From positions 75,330,001 through 75,394,000 of the forward strand of contig OZ024740.1 of assembly GCA_964016885.1 (NCBI GenBank): DNA of 64,000 nt, given 5' to 3'. Positions 13,090 to 26,833 of this stretch are shown one piece after another. Position numbers and translations under genes: made by a program. The notes beneath the pieces were generated by a model. The model was not told the origin of the DNA. It saw only the letters and a program-made list of their open reading frames with translations, and searched no databases. This DNA comes from Eledone cirrhosa (Eukaryota). Positions within the stretch are counted from its first letter, which is position 1. Every line of letters begins with the position of its first letter.

Positions 13090-15026
13090 TCTTCTGGTTT
13101 TATAATTTCACAAAGTTTTACCAATTGAGAGAGAGTCGGTTTCTAACATAGACACAAGACTCTCTCGTTGGAATTTACACAACATCAACTAGGTAGATAT
13201 GTATGTATGTCTGCATGCATGCATGTGTAGATATGGATGTTATTGTATGTGTGGATGTGTATGTTTTGAGTTGTATGTGTGCATGTGTATATGCTTTGCA
13301 TCTGTACATGTGTATATGCAGTTATTAGATGCAAAATTTTTGGAATGTTTTACATATTTTTACTGTTCTATTAATGGATTGTACTTGTAATTTCCTAACT
13401 AGTTGTGTTATTTCTGTTCCTGTGAAACCTAGTTTCTCAAGATTTGTATTGAGGCAGTTACTAACATATCCCAGTGCCCCAATAATCACAGGCATAAATC
13501 TGAAGGTGTAATCAGGGTGGAGTATCTGCAGATTTCTCATCAGTTCTGCATAAATATTCTCCATTTCACTAATCTTTGATATTATATTGGCATCTGCTGG
13601 GCAGCTAATTTCCACTACTGTGCATGCTTTCTTCTCCCTGTCCCATATCATAATATCTGGTCTGTTATGCCTGCATTTTATTGGGGTTTTTACTGGAACA
13701 TTCCACCAGTACTCTTTCATATTATGTACATGGATGTCTTCCACATTGTTGTAGCTTTTAATGTGTTTATTATCGGGCTATCTTTTTTATGAACTGCATT
13801 GTACAGTGTTTTGGCCACTACATCATGCCTCATAGGTAGATAGTACCGCGATGACATCTTTCGACAGCTGCTGATGACATGGGTGATATCCTCGATGTTA
13901 GTTCTGCAGAGTCTGCACTTGTTATCACATCTAGGTGTTTTGCCTACATCCCTATTTCTTTTGTGTATCAGGTATTTCGTGTTAATATCCTGTTCCTGGA
14001 TTGCAAAAGAGTATCCTTCAATGTGGGAGCCAATATAGCGGTTGTTGGTTCAAGATAGACGACTTTCCTTATCTATATTACTCTCACTCTGGAGCTTCCT
14101 GGCAACATATCCATGCATGAATTTTTGCTGATAGGCATGCAGTTTTTCATCCATGGATTCACTGCGATACTGCTGAGCGACATCCCTGGGTGTGAGTTTT
14201 TGATTATCACACAGGGAATATCTCTCAAGGAGTTCCTTCCCAACTCTCATGATCTTATCTGTTTCATGCAGATAGACTTGCTCGAGAAACGGGCTCCTAC
14301 GCTTCGAGGTTCGTAGATGTTTGTCGGAGAGATATGATGCGGCATTCAAATGTTGTCTGGACTGATGTTAGGCCTCTGCCTCCCTGCTTACGTTTAAAGT
14401 AAAGGCGGTCTATGCTTCTGTTGATGTGGAAGTTTCCGGTGTTGTTCAGTATTTTTCGAGTTCCAACATCAACTGCTCGGATTTCGTCTATCGTCAAATT
14501 GAGTATTCCAAACGTTGGTGTTAGGACAGGCACAGAAAACACATTGTGAGCCACTGTTTTGTTTTGCGCAGAGAGTTCCGATGACCAGATCTTTCTTAAT
14601 CGGGTGTAGTATTCCCTGGTTACGCGTTCTTTATTACAGATACCATTATAGGATATGTTCTCATCTACCCCCAGGTATCTGTAGCAGTCCTCATCAGATA
14701 TAGGTGAAACAGTTAGACCATTGATGACTATGTTGCTAGATTGGGTTGTTGTTTTTCCCCGCTTTACAGTCATATATGAGCATTTATCTTGGCCAAACTC
14801 CATTCCTATATCCTTTGAGAACGTTGTAACCAGGTCAATATTTTTCTTCATCCCATCCATGTTCTTGGTATAGAGTTTCAGATCGTCCACAAAGAAATTA
14901 TGGGTTAGGTTCGTATTTCTGTCCTCCTGTGAGCCAATGATGTATCCCTCACATTTCTTGAGCAGAAACGACAAGGGGTTTAATGACAAGATGAATAATA
15001 TCACAGAAAGACTGTCCCCCTGAAAT
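13090..15026 (-). mobile_element. RLE-type LINE (R4/Dong-like), 5'-truncated, frameshifted
   Basis: RT motif HNFFVDDLKLY and YRYLG, CCHC CRLC..H..SC, RLE motif HNRPDIMIWD..VEISCP. Flanked by (TATG)n. Confidence 0.9.
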
Positions 15027-15076
15027 ATGTATGTATGTACGTATGCATGTATGTAAATATGTATGTTTGTATGTAT

Positions 15077-15213
15077 GATCTTTGTGTTTCATAATTTTAT
15101 ATATTTTTACCAATAGAGAGTGTCAGTTTCTAAAAGACACAAGACTCTTTCATTGGAATTTAGACAACATCAATTAGGTAGATATGTATGCATGTCTGCA
15201 TGTGTGTGGGGGG

Positions 15214-15252
<39 letters not shown>

Positions 15253-15432
15253 TGCAGGTATGGATGTTATTGTACGTGTGGATGTGGATGTTTTGAGTTA
15301 TATGTGTGCATGTGCATATGTTTTGTGTCTGTACATGTGCACATCCAGTTATTAAATGCAGAATTTTTGGAATATTTTACGTATTTTTATAGTTCCATTA
15401 ATGGATTGTACTTGTAATTTCCTAACTAGTCG
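15077..15432 (-). mobile_element. Second 3' end of the same RLE LINE family
   Basis: Duplicates 13090-13402. Confidence 0.8.
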
Positions 15433-16084
15433 TGTTCTTTTTGGTTCTCGGATCGGGCGGCGGGTTCAATCCATTCAGCGGGCAAAAATGAGTTGCACTT
15501 GTAATACAATGTTCCAGCCTTATCACACACTTAATCTCCCAGAAAACTACTTTAAGTTATAGCTTGACGTTAACCATAATGGCTCCGTTTAAGCTCAGCA
15601 GTGACAAGCGGGACCCGTGGAAATTCCACAGACGAATAATTAAGAGGAGCTATTTAAGAGACGTTTGTCTAGTTGCATATAATCTCTTCTCTCCTGTTGT
15701 CTTCGTCTACCTTGCTCTAAAACGATATGCCTTTTTTCTTCAGACACACACACACACATACACACACACATACATACTCATACAAACACACACATACACT
15801 CACATAAGCACACACATACCCCCACACAAGTGTAGCCAAAGCTTGGAACGCTCGTCGCTAGAGCATCTCACCACCCCCTTCCTCAATCATTACATAGATG
15901 TGTGCGTATGTAAAAATTATTTTGTATAATGTGTCTATTTATGAATATGTATGTGTAGATGTGTGTGTGTTTGTACTTCTGTTGTTTGTGTATCGGTTTA
16001 TGTATTTACGTGTAGATGTGTGTGTATGTAACTAAAGCGTAACGTACACACAAACGAATGGGCGAAACACACGAAGAATTATAA

Positions 16085-16310
16085 TAGGTGGATTGGCAGT
16101 ATCGGTAGAACATCGGACAACATGCTAAGTGGCATGTAGTTACTGCCCTTTAAGTTCTGAGTTCAATTCCAGATGAGGCTTGCTTTGCTTTTCATTTTTA
16201 CGGGTCGATAAAATAAAGTACCAATAACGCACAGGGATCGATTTAATTGACTACTTCCCCTCCCCCCGTCTTCAAATTCCTGGTCGTGTGCCAAAATTAG
16301 AAATAATTAT
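16085..16310 (+). mobile_element. tRNA-derived SINE
   Basis: ggtggattggcagtatcggtag head (A-box-like), B-box and gggtcgataaaataaagtacc core. Confidence 0.75.
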
Positions 16311-16961
16311 TTCTATCATTAGCATTAAGAACTTCACAAGTTAAACCAGAAAGAACTCGGATTTCTCTGTTATCTTAATAGTTCCATATTTTGTATAGGT
16401 TGGTTGAGAAAAGAAAGGGCTGTGGATATGGCCTTTCTAGGTTCTCCGTCGGGATCAACGTGATTAATGATTCTCTTGAAGGAATAAAAGGTGACATATG
16501 GTGTGGTTGTTATACGCAGGAAAAGTTTATTTAGTACAGTTCATAAATTTGCATAAATTTGTATAACATAAGGAGAACAGGATCCTGGTATTTCGAAACT
16601 GACTATCGGTCTGATGAACGATCAGTGACGAAACCCCACGCGCTCTTCTCCATACGTCATATGAACTGATACACCAAATTTACAAACTACTCTATCGTAA
16701 AGTAAGTTTCACACGCGTCTTAGAGATCTTGTATAAACTATGGTTCACGTCATTTATATAAATGTATCTAATAAGATAAAAGATTATCGTGTGAAATATA
16801 TTTACATCCTAGATAAGAGGAAACATATCAAGTGTTTGTTATAGTAGTCACACCGCTTTTCTTGTGTCTTTGCCACTTATTAAAACGGAGTTGAATTGTT
16901 TTGTGAAAGATCCTCCTAATCAATGACTCAGTCTATCAGACGACAGTATATAATTAACACC

Positions 16962-16995
<34 letters not shown>

Positions 16996-17539
16996 CTATT
17001 ATATATATATATATAATTCTATTATATATATATATGTATATAATTCTAATATACATACAAACATACATATTTATATACACATAGAAACACGTCCACACTC
17101 TTACAGTCACGTATATACACACACCATATATATTCTGAATGAGAAAGTTTGTAAGAATGAAAGGAGGGAAATATGAGTAACAAAAGGCGAAACAATTCCA
17201 AACTCATTGAAATTCAGATAACTAAAAATAAAATAATATTTATTTTTAATCATTGAAATTCATGCTAAAAATAAAGCATATTTTACTCTATCAGCAAATT
17301 TATATTAGCATGTCTAAAATACAAAAGACAAACGTAGAAAAAAAAACCCTATTGTTAAGATATCATTATCATCTTTTTATATGTATAAATGTCTGAATGG
17401 TTCAGAAGTTTACTTGACAATCATGAAATCCCGGGGGCCCGAGATTTCACGCTTCCACCAATTTCAGGTTAGCTCTCGGTATTCTGAAGTCGCATTTGAA
17501 CCCGATTTCTCCTTCTCTGATTTTGCTAAAGTAATGGGC

Positions 17540-18100
17540 GGGAGGGGGCGTTTAACATGGGAAGAAATGGTAAAATCGATTACATTGACCTCAGTACAAA
17601 ACGAACTTTATTTCATCGACTTTTTTCGAAGACAAACTTAACCTCGGTGGGATTTGAAACGGGAATGCAGTGAGCCGTATCAAAATACTTCAATGCATTT
17701 TATTTAATTACTCTACAAAATTGTTGTCCTTGATTTAACTAAAATAATTGTTTCTACTTTTGGCACAAGGCCAGCAATTATCCCAGTGTATTACTGGTAC
17801 TTTATTTTATCGACCCCGTAAGGATGAAAGGTAAAGTTAACCTCGGCGGAATTTGAACTCAGACCATAAACGGCAGTAACTCTTTGCTGCAAAGCATGGC
17901 GTCCGACCCTCTACCGATACTGCCAAAATGGTTCTTATTAAGGCACAAGGCCAACAATTTGCGGAGAGGAGGGTGAGTCGATTAAATCAACCCTAGTGCG
18001 TTACTGGCACTTTATTCTATCGACCCCGAAAGGATGAAAGTCAAAGCTAACCTCGGCGGTATTTGAACTCAGAACGTAAAGGGACATAACTATATGCCGT
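17540..18100 (-). mobile_element. SINE cluster (about 3 copies)
   Basis: Repeated actggtactttattttatcgacccc..aggatgaaagg..tttgaactcag. Confidence 0.8.
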
Positions 18101-18132
18101 GATTTAGCTAAAATAATAAATTCTAATGGTTG

Positions 18133-19034
18133 TGTAGTGACTAGCGCCATCTCTCCGGGGAACCAAACTATTTGGAGTTACTTCCCCGTGGCCAGTATAT
18201 AAGGGAGCGTTCTGACGCCCCTCTCTCTCTCTTTTCCACCTTTTGGCCTAGTAGGCCAGGCACGGTTTCGTCAAAGGTAGTTCTTAGCTCTTATTTCTCT
18301 TTCGGTCGAGCTTTTACGACCTGCAACACATCTGCTGAGGACCTATACCATAAGGGTCAGCTCAGATGTATTCCAATCCTTCTCACAAGGATTAACAAAA
18401 CAAGTCACAGGTATGTCATTTAACCATAGTAATAAACACACAAGCACACGAATAAAGAAAAATTACCTTTATATACAGTTGAGAAGACTTATCGTTGTTA
18501 TTATCATATATATTATTTCCTGTCTACATCTCATCATCTTGCTTCCTGCTTTCCTTACATATTATTGTGTTCCTTCACTTATTAAATTATTAAATTAGTA
18601 ATTGGCATACAGTGTAAATAACACTGTATGCCAATTACTAATTTAATAATTTAATAAGTGAAGGAACACAATAATATGTAAGGAAAGCAGGAAGCAAGAT
18701 GATGAGATGCAGACAGGAAATAATGAAAGCAGACAGGAAACAATATATACCTGTGACTTGTTTTGTTAATCCTTGTGAGAAGGATTGGAATACATCTGAG
18801 CTGACCCTTATGGTATAGGTCCTCAGCAGATGTGTTGCAGGTCGGAAAAGCTCGACCGAAAGAGAAATAAGAGCTAAGAACTACCTTTGACGAAACCGTG
18901 CCTGGCCTACTAGGCCAGGCGGCCAAAAGGTGGAAAAGAGAGAGAGAGGCGTCAGAACGATCCCTTATATACTGGCCACGGGGAAGTAACTCCAAATAGT
19001 TTGGTACCCCGGAGAGATGCCGCTAGTCACTACA
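18133..19034. mobile_element. Fold-back TG..CA element with 4-bp TSD
   Basis: Begins TGTAGTGACTAGCG and ends CGCTAGTCACTACA. GTTG at 18129-18132 and 19035-19038. Arms meet at a 5-nt loop near 18618. Confidence 0.85.
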
Positions 19035-19599
19035 GTTGAAACTCATGGTATATTTAGTGTATACAACACATGACACATGCAAAATTAGAATGTATTCACA
19101 CAATGTGAAAAAAGAACAATATGCATCACAAAAATGTTGGATTTAAGATTCTTGTCCCTTATTTACATTAAATAAAAACATTTTCAAGTTCTTACGTGTT
19201 GAACATCCGAGACTCAGAATATGTAAAAAAAAAAAAAGGTATTATTTGGAATAAGATTTTAGAGATAATTTGAAATCATAGGAGGTAAGATTAAATCGCA
19301 TCCAAATTACAGAGGGGTAAATTGAAATCGATTTTATCTTCCACCTTGGTAATCTGGATACGATTTCAAGTTATCGGGAGGTAAGGATAATTATAGTAAT
19401 CTGAAATTCTTACACTAAGTGGCATCTTCTATTATAGCTATAGGATGGATTGTAACTGTAATACGAAAATCTAGCCTTGTCGTAGATTATGTCACGCTGA
19501 TACTTCATGAGAATTATATTTACTGTTATATTTGGTTTGGTTTTCGCTTCAGTTTTTTTTTTCATATTTCTATAAATAAGTTAGCTGGCAATCATTTTG

Positions 19600-20530
19600 A
19601 TTGACCAACAGTTAAAAATTTAAATATCAATATAGTTTCACAAAATTCTTTCGTCACACATATCTGAGACATCTTCAGTGATTATCGTATTTCCTCCCGT
19701 TGTGTTCCTATAGCGATTTTTTTTATTTTATGATTACTGTAAAATATTTAGTTATCTATACATATTAATTTAATGAGCAAGATATTCGTTTGACTGAACA
19801 TCCAAACTCTCTTGTTGAAACTGACCGACAATTATCATTGAGTTTTCCTAGCAATTACTCACGTAGAAAAGAAAAGCATGCTTATTCGCTAACACAATAT
19901 ATGCCAGTGGGTACTTTGTTATTGTATATTGCAACTGCTTTTGTTGTTGTTTAATCCTAGATTAGACTTGGTAGAGATCTATAATCAAACGCAATTCTGT
20001 CTTTTCAGGTATATCAATGTCTAAGAAAATAAATGGGAATAAAGATTCAATAAAACCACAAGCATGATCAATTATTTTTACTGAAGAATATACCAACACA
20101 AGATCGGTAGTAATTAAAAGGGTGAGGGGGGAGTATGTTATTAGTTCATTACCGATTCCGTTGCAAAATTCTGTGCGCTTACCATTTCCCAATGCGAACA
20201 AAGTTATTCCAAATGTAAATTTATTCCTTCTCATTCATTCTTTCCAATAATTATGGGAATGGATTGACTGGGTGTGGTGAATTATAATTGATGTGCAGTT
20301 GGCATAATTGTTTGGTAGTTAAATATTTAACTACCAAACAATTATGCCAACTGCACATCAATTATAATTCACCACACCCAGTCAATCCATTCCCATAATT
20401 ATTGGAAAGAGTGAATGAGAAGGAATAAATTTACATTTGGAATAACTTTGTTCGCATTGGGAAATGGTAAGCGCACAGAATTTTGCAACGGAATCGGTAA
20501 TGAACCAATAACATACTCCCCCCTCACCCT
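19600..20530 (-). mobile_element. Degenerate Penelope-like RT fragment ending in a spacerless hairpin
   Basis: Minus-strand NKFTFG..ESLFPFIFLDIDI..IIDLYQV resembles PLE RT (PFLDI..TDIY.K). Palindrome 20119-20530. Confidence 0.55.
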
Positions 20531-20799
20531 ACGTGATCGATCACGACCAACCTGCTAGAAATAACCTCCAAACAAAGGAAATATATTCAGTACTAAACTA
20601 ACAGGCGGCAAATACTTCCCACGTACATTTCCTTTTTAGTGGACCCATCCTTGCTCTAATTATTGTTTAGCCTATTTCCACACCTAACTTTCTTTAATAG
20701 CCTTTTCCTTTTTATTACACCACCTACTCTTGGTTCAGGTTATACATCTATGCTCACATGCACGGACACATATGAATACAAATATATGTATATATGTGC

Positions 20800-21530
20800 C
20801 TACAGGCCTCTGCCTGCTACTGGTACCATGTAGCCCAGTATAACCTGTTTCATGGTCGGTAGTCGGCGACTAAACCGGCTCTCCACAAAAACCCTTGTCT
20901 GGCGAGGAAGGTAAGTGGAAAACCAGCAGCACAAAAACAAGAGCTGTCAAAAGGCGGATAGACACCACAGAGTCAATGGCCATACACTCCAACTATGAAT
21001 TAAATAGCCTCATCAACCTGCAATGGTGAAGCATGGTGAATATGGCTACATCCCATGGAGAGGTTGAATTTCATGACAATAACACATGCGATCCTGAGAA
21101 CTGTCCTGTTATCTTGCCTTAGCTTGTCACTGGACACAGCTGCGAGGATGGAGTGGGTGCTATGTGTGTAGCACAAGCACGTAGCATTGCCATCCTTATG
21201 TGCAGATATTTCTTCACAAGTCCCACAGCAGTGGAGGAGTGACAACATGTACAGACCCAACCGGTTAGAAGCACATATTCACAAATCTATACGTGGACGG
21301 TACGAGTCTTATTTTAACGTTGCTGCACTGTTAGCCTGAACGGAAACATGCTTCGGAAGGGCCATGAGTGTCTTAGCAGACCTTTTGTGGACGCACTTCT
21401 CACTTCTCACTTCTCACTTGAAAGTTTTTGGACATATGCTTACTGGTCGGTGAGGGAACATCATGTATGACCGGTAACATATCAATGGATATTTACATCT
21501 GGTGTGAATTTTTGTCTGAAGAGAACACGT
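20800..21530 (+). mobile_element. Possible RTE-like 5' region remnant
   Basis: 20815-20990 is homologous to the reverse complement of 32820-33013. Downstream GC-richer decayed sequence. Confidence 0.4.
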
Positions 21531-21729
21531 AAGGCAGTTGTTATACAACTGCCTTACGTCTTTGAAATACGTTTAACAAAATAAATAGGGATGGACAAAT
21601 GAAACCGTCTTTCTTGTTTATTATTATAATAAAACTCCGGATGAACAAAAACCGTGGAGTGCTTTACAACTGTTAAGAAAAAGTCGGCAGATTGTCAATC
21701 AACCAACTTTCTTCAATTGAATATATATA

Positions 21730-21760
<31 letters not shown>

Positions 21761-21761
<1 letters not shown>

Positions 21762-22204
21762 TGGTAAACGGAATAGAAAATGCTGACAAATTGTTCACAG
21801 TTGAAAAATGGTTTAATTAGGAATAAAAGAGTAAGAATTTTTTCTGGAGCCACTTTTTTAACATAAAAACAGTCTTGGCGCAAAATTAATTTTTTACATT
21901 CACATGACCTCTACCGACCAATCAAAATTGTTTTGACCACAAGAATTTTTGCAAATTGGAGCCACTTTTTTAACATAAAAACAGGTAGAATTCCCAAAAC
22001 TAATCAGATCAGAGCAAACAGCACGGACACTCTATCTCAAAATTATTTTTGAAAAGCATTTAGAAATACGCAACCGGTAAAAACTTAAAAACTTAAAACC
22101 ACAACTGAATACTAACCCATACAATCACTAATACTCTTTTATTCCTAATTAAACCATTTTTCAACTGTGAACAATTTGTCAGCATTTTCTATTCCGTTTA
22201 CCAA
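21761..22204. repeat. Element with ~73-bp inverted ends, in (TA)n
   Basis: 21761-21833 is inverted at 22132-22204. Interior resembles the 41500-42340 repeats (accaatcaaa, gagcc..tttttt). Confidence 0.75.
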
Positions 22205-22239
22205 TATATAATAACTTGTGTGTTACACCTCTATTCTTT

Positions 22240-22299
<60 letters not shown>

Positions 22300-22423
22300 T
22301 AACAGATTAAAGTTTAAGCAAAGAATCACTGCTTTCACCCTTTACGGGATCTTCTGAAACTTGTCGAGCCCTCTTCGGATTTTAGGCTTCACATTTATTA
22401 TTATTATTACTATGTATATAATC

Positions 22424-22735
22424 CCCCCGAGGTTAACTTTACCTTTCATCCTTACGGGGTCGATAAAATAAAGTACCAGTAATACTCTGGGTAATTGCTG
22501 GCCTTGTACCAAAAGTAGAAGCAATTATTACTATGTATAAGAGGCGGTGGATTGGCAGTATCGGTAGAGGGTCGGACGTCATGCTTGAAGCATAGAATTA
22601 CCTCCCTTTATGATCTGAGTTCAAATCCCGCCTAGGTTAACTTTGCCTTTCATCCTTACGGGGTCGATAAAATAAAGTACGAGTAATACACTGGGATAAT
22701 TGCTGGCCTTGTGCCAAAAGTAGAAACAATTATTA
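22424..22735 (+). mobile_element. SINE, partial plus full copy
   Basis: SINE head, B-box and core. Confidence 0.85.
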
Positions 22736-22846
22736 CTATGTATATATATATATATATAGTGAAAGATGGAACGGGAACAAAACAGAGAGGCAGTACAAAC
22801 AAAGGTTTATTAGTTTCACGCTCTTGAGAGTGGATATATATATATA

Positions 22847-24380
22847 TATGAATAAAGTTAGTCCTTCATCAGTGATCTTCCAACCATCATTGGTATGTCA
22901 TCGCTTTAAAGACCATATACCTCCGGTTGGTGTGAGCAACGGCTAAAGAAAGTCGTTGGGACACGTAAATAAAGGGAACAGCGAGAGTGTAAACAAACAA
23001 AGATGGTAAAGCAACGAAAAGTGAGGAAGAAAGAGTCAAGTCCCAGATTTCCATGAATATAAGTTCGGTGAAATTGTGAACGAGAGAGAATAAAGACAAT
23101 CAAACCTAGTCGAAATGTGAGCAAGGAAGGAATTCCGCACAGGTCAAACGGGAGCAAGAAGGAGTCCAGTTCGTGAATTCAGTGAACATAAGTTCTGTGA
23201 AATCGTAGACGAGAGAGAGAAAAGGGGAACCAGCCTGGTCAAGCGTGCGAGAGAAAAGAATTACGCACAGGTCAAACGGGAGGAAGTAGGAGAGGTAGTA
23301 GCAGAGAGTGAGTGAGTGAAGGGTGAGGAAGAGGCTAACAGAGAGAGTGACTGTTAGAGAGGGTAAAGATACAGAGAAAGAGGAAGCAGTAAGAACGAAA
23401 TAGACGGGTCACAGCGGGGGAAAATGTATGTGTGAATATGAGAACAAACGTGCTGCGTGGTTGCAAATGGGTTACATATGAATAAAGGTAGTCCTTCATC
23501 AGTGATTCTTCCTCACTTTTCATTGCTTTACCATCTTTGTTTGTTTACACTCTCGCTCGTTCCCCTTATTTACGTGTCCCAACGACTTTCTTTAGCCGTT
23601 GCTCGCACCAACCGGAGGTATATGGTCTTTAAAGCGATGAAATACCAATGATAGTTGGAAGATCACAGATGAAGGACTAACTTTATTCATATGTAACCCA
23701 TTTGCAACCACGCAGCACGTTTGTTCTCATATTCACACATATATTTTCCCTCGCTGTGACCCGTCTATTTCGTTCTTACTGCTTCCTCTTTCTCTGTATC
23801 TTTACCCTCTCTAACAGTCACTCGCTCTGTTAACCTCTTCCTCACCCTTCACTCACTCACTCTCTGTTACTACCTCTCCTCCTTCTCCTTCTCCCCGTTT
23901 GACCTGTGCGTAATTCTTTTCTCCCGCACGCTTGACCAGGCTGGTTCCCCTTTTCTCTCTCTCGTCTACGATTTCACAGAACTTATGTTCACCGAATTCA
24001 CGAACTGGACTCCTTCTTCCTCCCGTTTGACCTGTGCGGAATTCCTTCCTTGCTCACATTTCGACTAGGTTTGATGGTCTTTATTCTCTCTCGTTCACGG
24101 TTTCACCGAACTTATATTCATGGAAATCTGGGACTTGACTCTTTCTTCCTCACTTTTCGTTGCTTTACCATCTTTGTTTGTTTACACTATCGCTCGTTCC
24201 CTTTATTTACGTGTCCCAACGACTTTCTTTAGCCGTTGCTCGTACCAACCGGAGGTATATGGTCTTTAAAGCGATGAAATGCCAATGATGGTTGGAAGAT
24301 CACTGATGAAGGACTAACTTTATCCATATGTAACCCATTTGCAACCACGCAGCACGTTTGTTCTCATATTCACACATATA
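22847..24380. mobile_element. Inverted-plus-tandem ~660-bp repeat, in (TA)n
   Basis: 22847-23510 is followed by ~1.3 inverted copies. Dispersed relatives at 38390-38985 and 48880-49240. Confidence 0.8.
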
Positions 24381-24407
24381 TATTTATATATATATATATA
24401 CATAGAA

Positions 24408-24590
24408 ATAATAATTGTTTCTACGTTAGGCACAAGGCCAGCAAATACCCAGTGCATTACTGGTACTTTATTTTGTCGAGCCCGTAAGGATGAAAGGCAA
24501 AGTTAACCTTGGCGGGATTTGAACTCAGAATGGCAAGGGCCGTAACTCTATACGTCAAAGCATGGCGTCCGACCCTCTACCAATACTGGC
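24408..24590 (-). mobile_element. SINE
   Basis: Reverse-complement SINE core and head. Confidence 0.85.
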
Positions 24591-24768
24591 ATAATAATAA
24601 TAATAATAAATGTGATAAGGGGAGACGGTATAGTCCATATAGAGGCAGACAGTCTCTGCATAAATAATCTTTAAAGTTCTCTTGTTTTTTTTGTTTTTTG
24701 TTTTTTTTACCTACTCTACTACCCTAAGAATCGTGTATTCTGTTGAGTAATAATCTAACTGGTTTTTA

Positions 24769-24801
<33 letters not shown>

Positions 24802-25366
24802 CTTAATACATTAACAGAGAAAGCTTTTAGCGATACTCCGACCAACTCCCATCTCACTCAACAAACATTAGGATATACCAGAGTATAATCCCAATTATAC
24901 GTTTGGGGTGCTAACTATATTGTATTTCATGGATAGTTGGCTGTATTATATTATATGAGACATAATTAAATAAATCTCTCTTTCCATACGATCGTTTCGT
25001 TATAAGATTTCTACAAGGTGGGAAAATAATGTCCAAGTTATGTAGAAGCTTGCATATAATCCATAGATATCCACGTAGGTGGGTTCTTATAACTCATCAG
25101 TGGATGCCCAGGCAATATCAATATAAAAAACTACATTGATATTAATATTCAGCGATGGTCTCCGTCAGTGCTAGAAGGACAGCTAAGTTTGAAAGTCCAG
25201 CAGTCCTTCAAAAAGAAATTTCACACTGTCCCCAAATGGGAAGGGGAGGTCATCGTAAAACATAAAATAATATACACGCAGGTCATTGAACCCTGTTAGG
25301 AATTCTAACCACGTGTGAAGAACTCAACTGGATATTAAAAAAATAAATATATATACGTATTATTTA

Positions 25367-25695
25367 TTGGCAGTATCGGTAGAGGGTCTGCGCCATGCTT
25401 TGCAGCAAAGAGTTACGGCCCTTTATGGACTGAGTTCAAATCCCGCCGAGGTTAACTTTGCCTTTCATCCTTACGGGGTCGATAAAATAAAGTACCAGTA
25501 ATACACTGGAATAATTTCTGGCCTTGTGCCAAAAGTAGAAACAATTATTTATATATACATAGAGGTATATATGTACGTATTATTATCCCGCCGAGGTTGA
25601 TTTTGCCTTTCATCCTTACGGGGTCGATAAAATAAAGTACCAGTAATGCACTGGTGAATTGCTGGCCTTGTGCCTAAAGTAGAAACAATTATTTA
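25367..25695 (+). mobile_element. SINE plus duplicated 3' half
   Basis: SINE core occurs twice. Confidence 0.85.
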
Positions 25696-25788
25696 TATAT
25701 ACATAGAGGTATATATATATATTGAGAGAGAGAGATTGTAGTGAAAAATTGGGAGTAATTTTATTTAATTGTATTTAGATATGTGTGC

Positions 25789-25868
<80 letters not shown>

Positions 25869-26344
25869 TTGTGCGCACGTGCACGCGCGTGTGTGTATTT
25901 GTGTTTTATGGGATAACAAACAAAGCAGATGCTGTCAGCCAGAAAATGGTAGAAATATGATATCGTCACAGAAGAAATGCGTCCGCTATTGACGCAATTT
26001 ATGTATGTATGTATGTATGTGTGTGTGTGTGTGTGTGTGTGTATGTATTTATGTATTAAGTATGTATGTATGTATGTATGTATGTATGTATGCATGTATA
26101 TAAGCATGTATGTATGTAAGTATGCATGTATGTAAGCATGTATGTATGTAAGCATGCATGTATGTATGTATGTTTGTATGTATGTAAGTATGCATGTGTG
26201 TATGTAAGTATGCATGTATGTATGTATACATGTATGTATGTATGTATGTATGTATGTATGTATGCATGTATGTATGTATGTATACATGTATGTATGTATA
26301 CATGTATGTATATATACATGTATGTATACATGTATGTATATATG

Positions 26345-26833
26345 TACATCCTGCAAGACTAAAAACAAAACCTGTCAAAGGGCAAAGGAGCTCTTAAGAG
26401 TCAATGGCCATCCAAAATCACCGGGAGAGATGACCCCTTAGCCTTTGTCAAGGCAGAATTCTAGGAGAAGGAAAACTCTGATATAACACCTGCAACCCTG
26501 ATGGTATCCAATGATGTTGGCTTGTTCTTCTTTTTGGTAAATATCATCTTGGTTAAGAGAGTGGGACTGGCTTTGTGCAGTGCCTTTGCTCACTATAAAA
26601 GCTTCACGGCACAGGCATTGCTTTATATCTGGAGATCTCTCTGCACTTGTCGTCACATGGTACCATAGGCCCAGCACTATGTGTCAATAATTGTCACAAG
26701 TGTAGTGTTTGTACCAGAGTTTTCAAGTCGCTGGCTGGACTAAAAAGTCACACTCGTTCAACGCATCGGTAGGGGTTCTCCTACATGGATATAAAGTAGT
26801 GGCCGTACTCGAAAACGAGTTGGCAGCCACCAT
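26345..26833. repeat. Module A copy, in (TATG)n
   Basis: Matches 12657-13025. Contains ctaggagaaggaaaactctga. Confidence 0.85.

Noticed and set aside
16605-16645. CTGATGA..GAAAC motif
   Set aside because: No convincing stems II or III and no NUH triplet
21775-21820. CTGACAA..GAAA in an inverted arm
   Set aside because: C3-A8 mismatch and stems I and III do not pair
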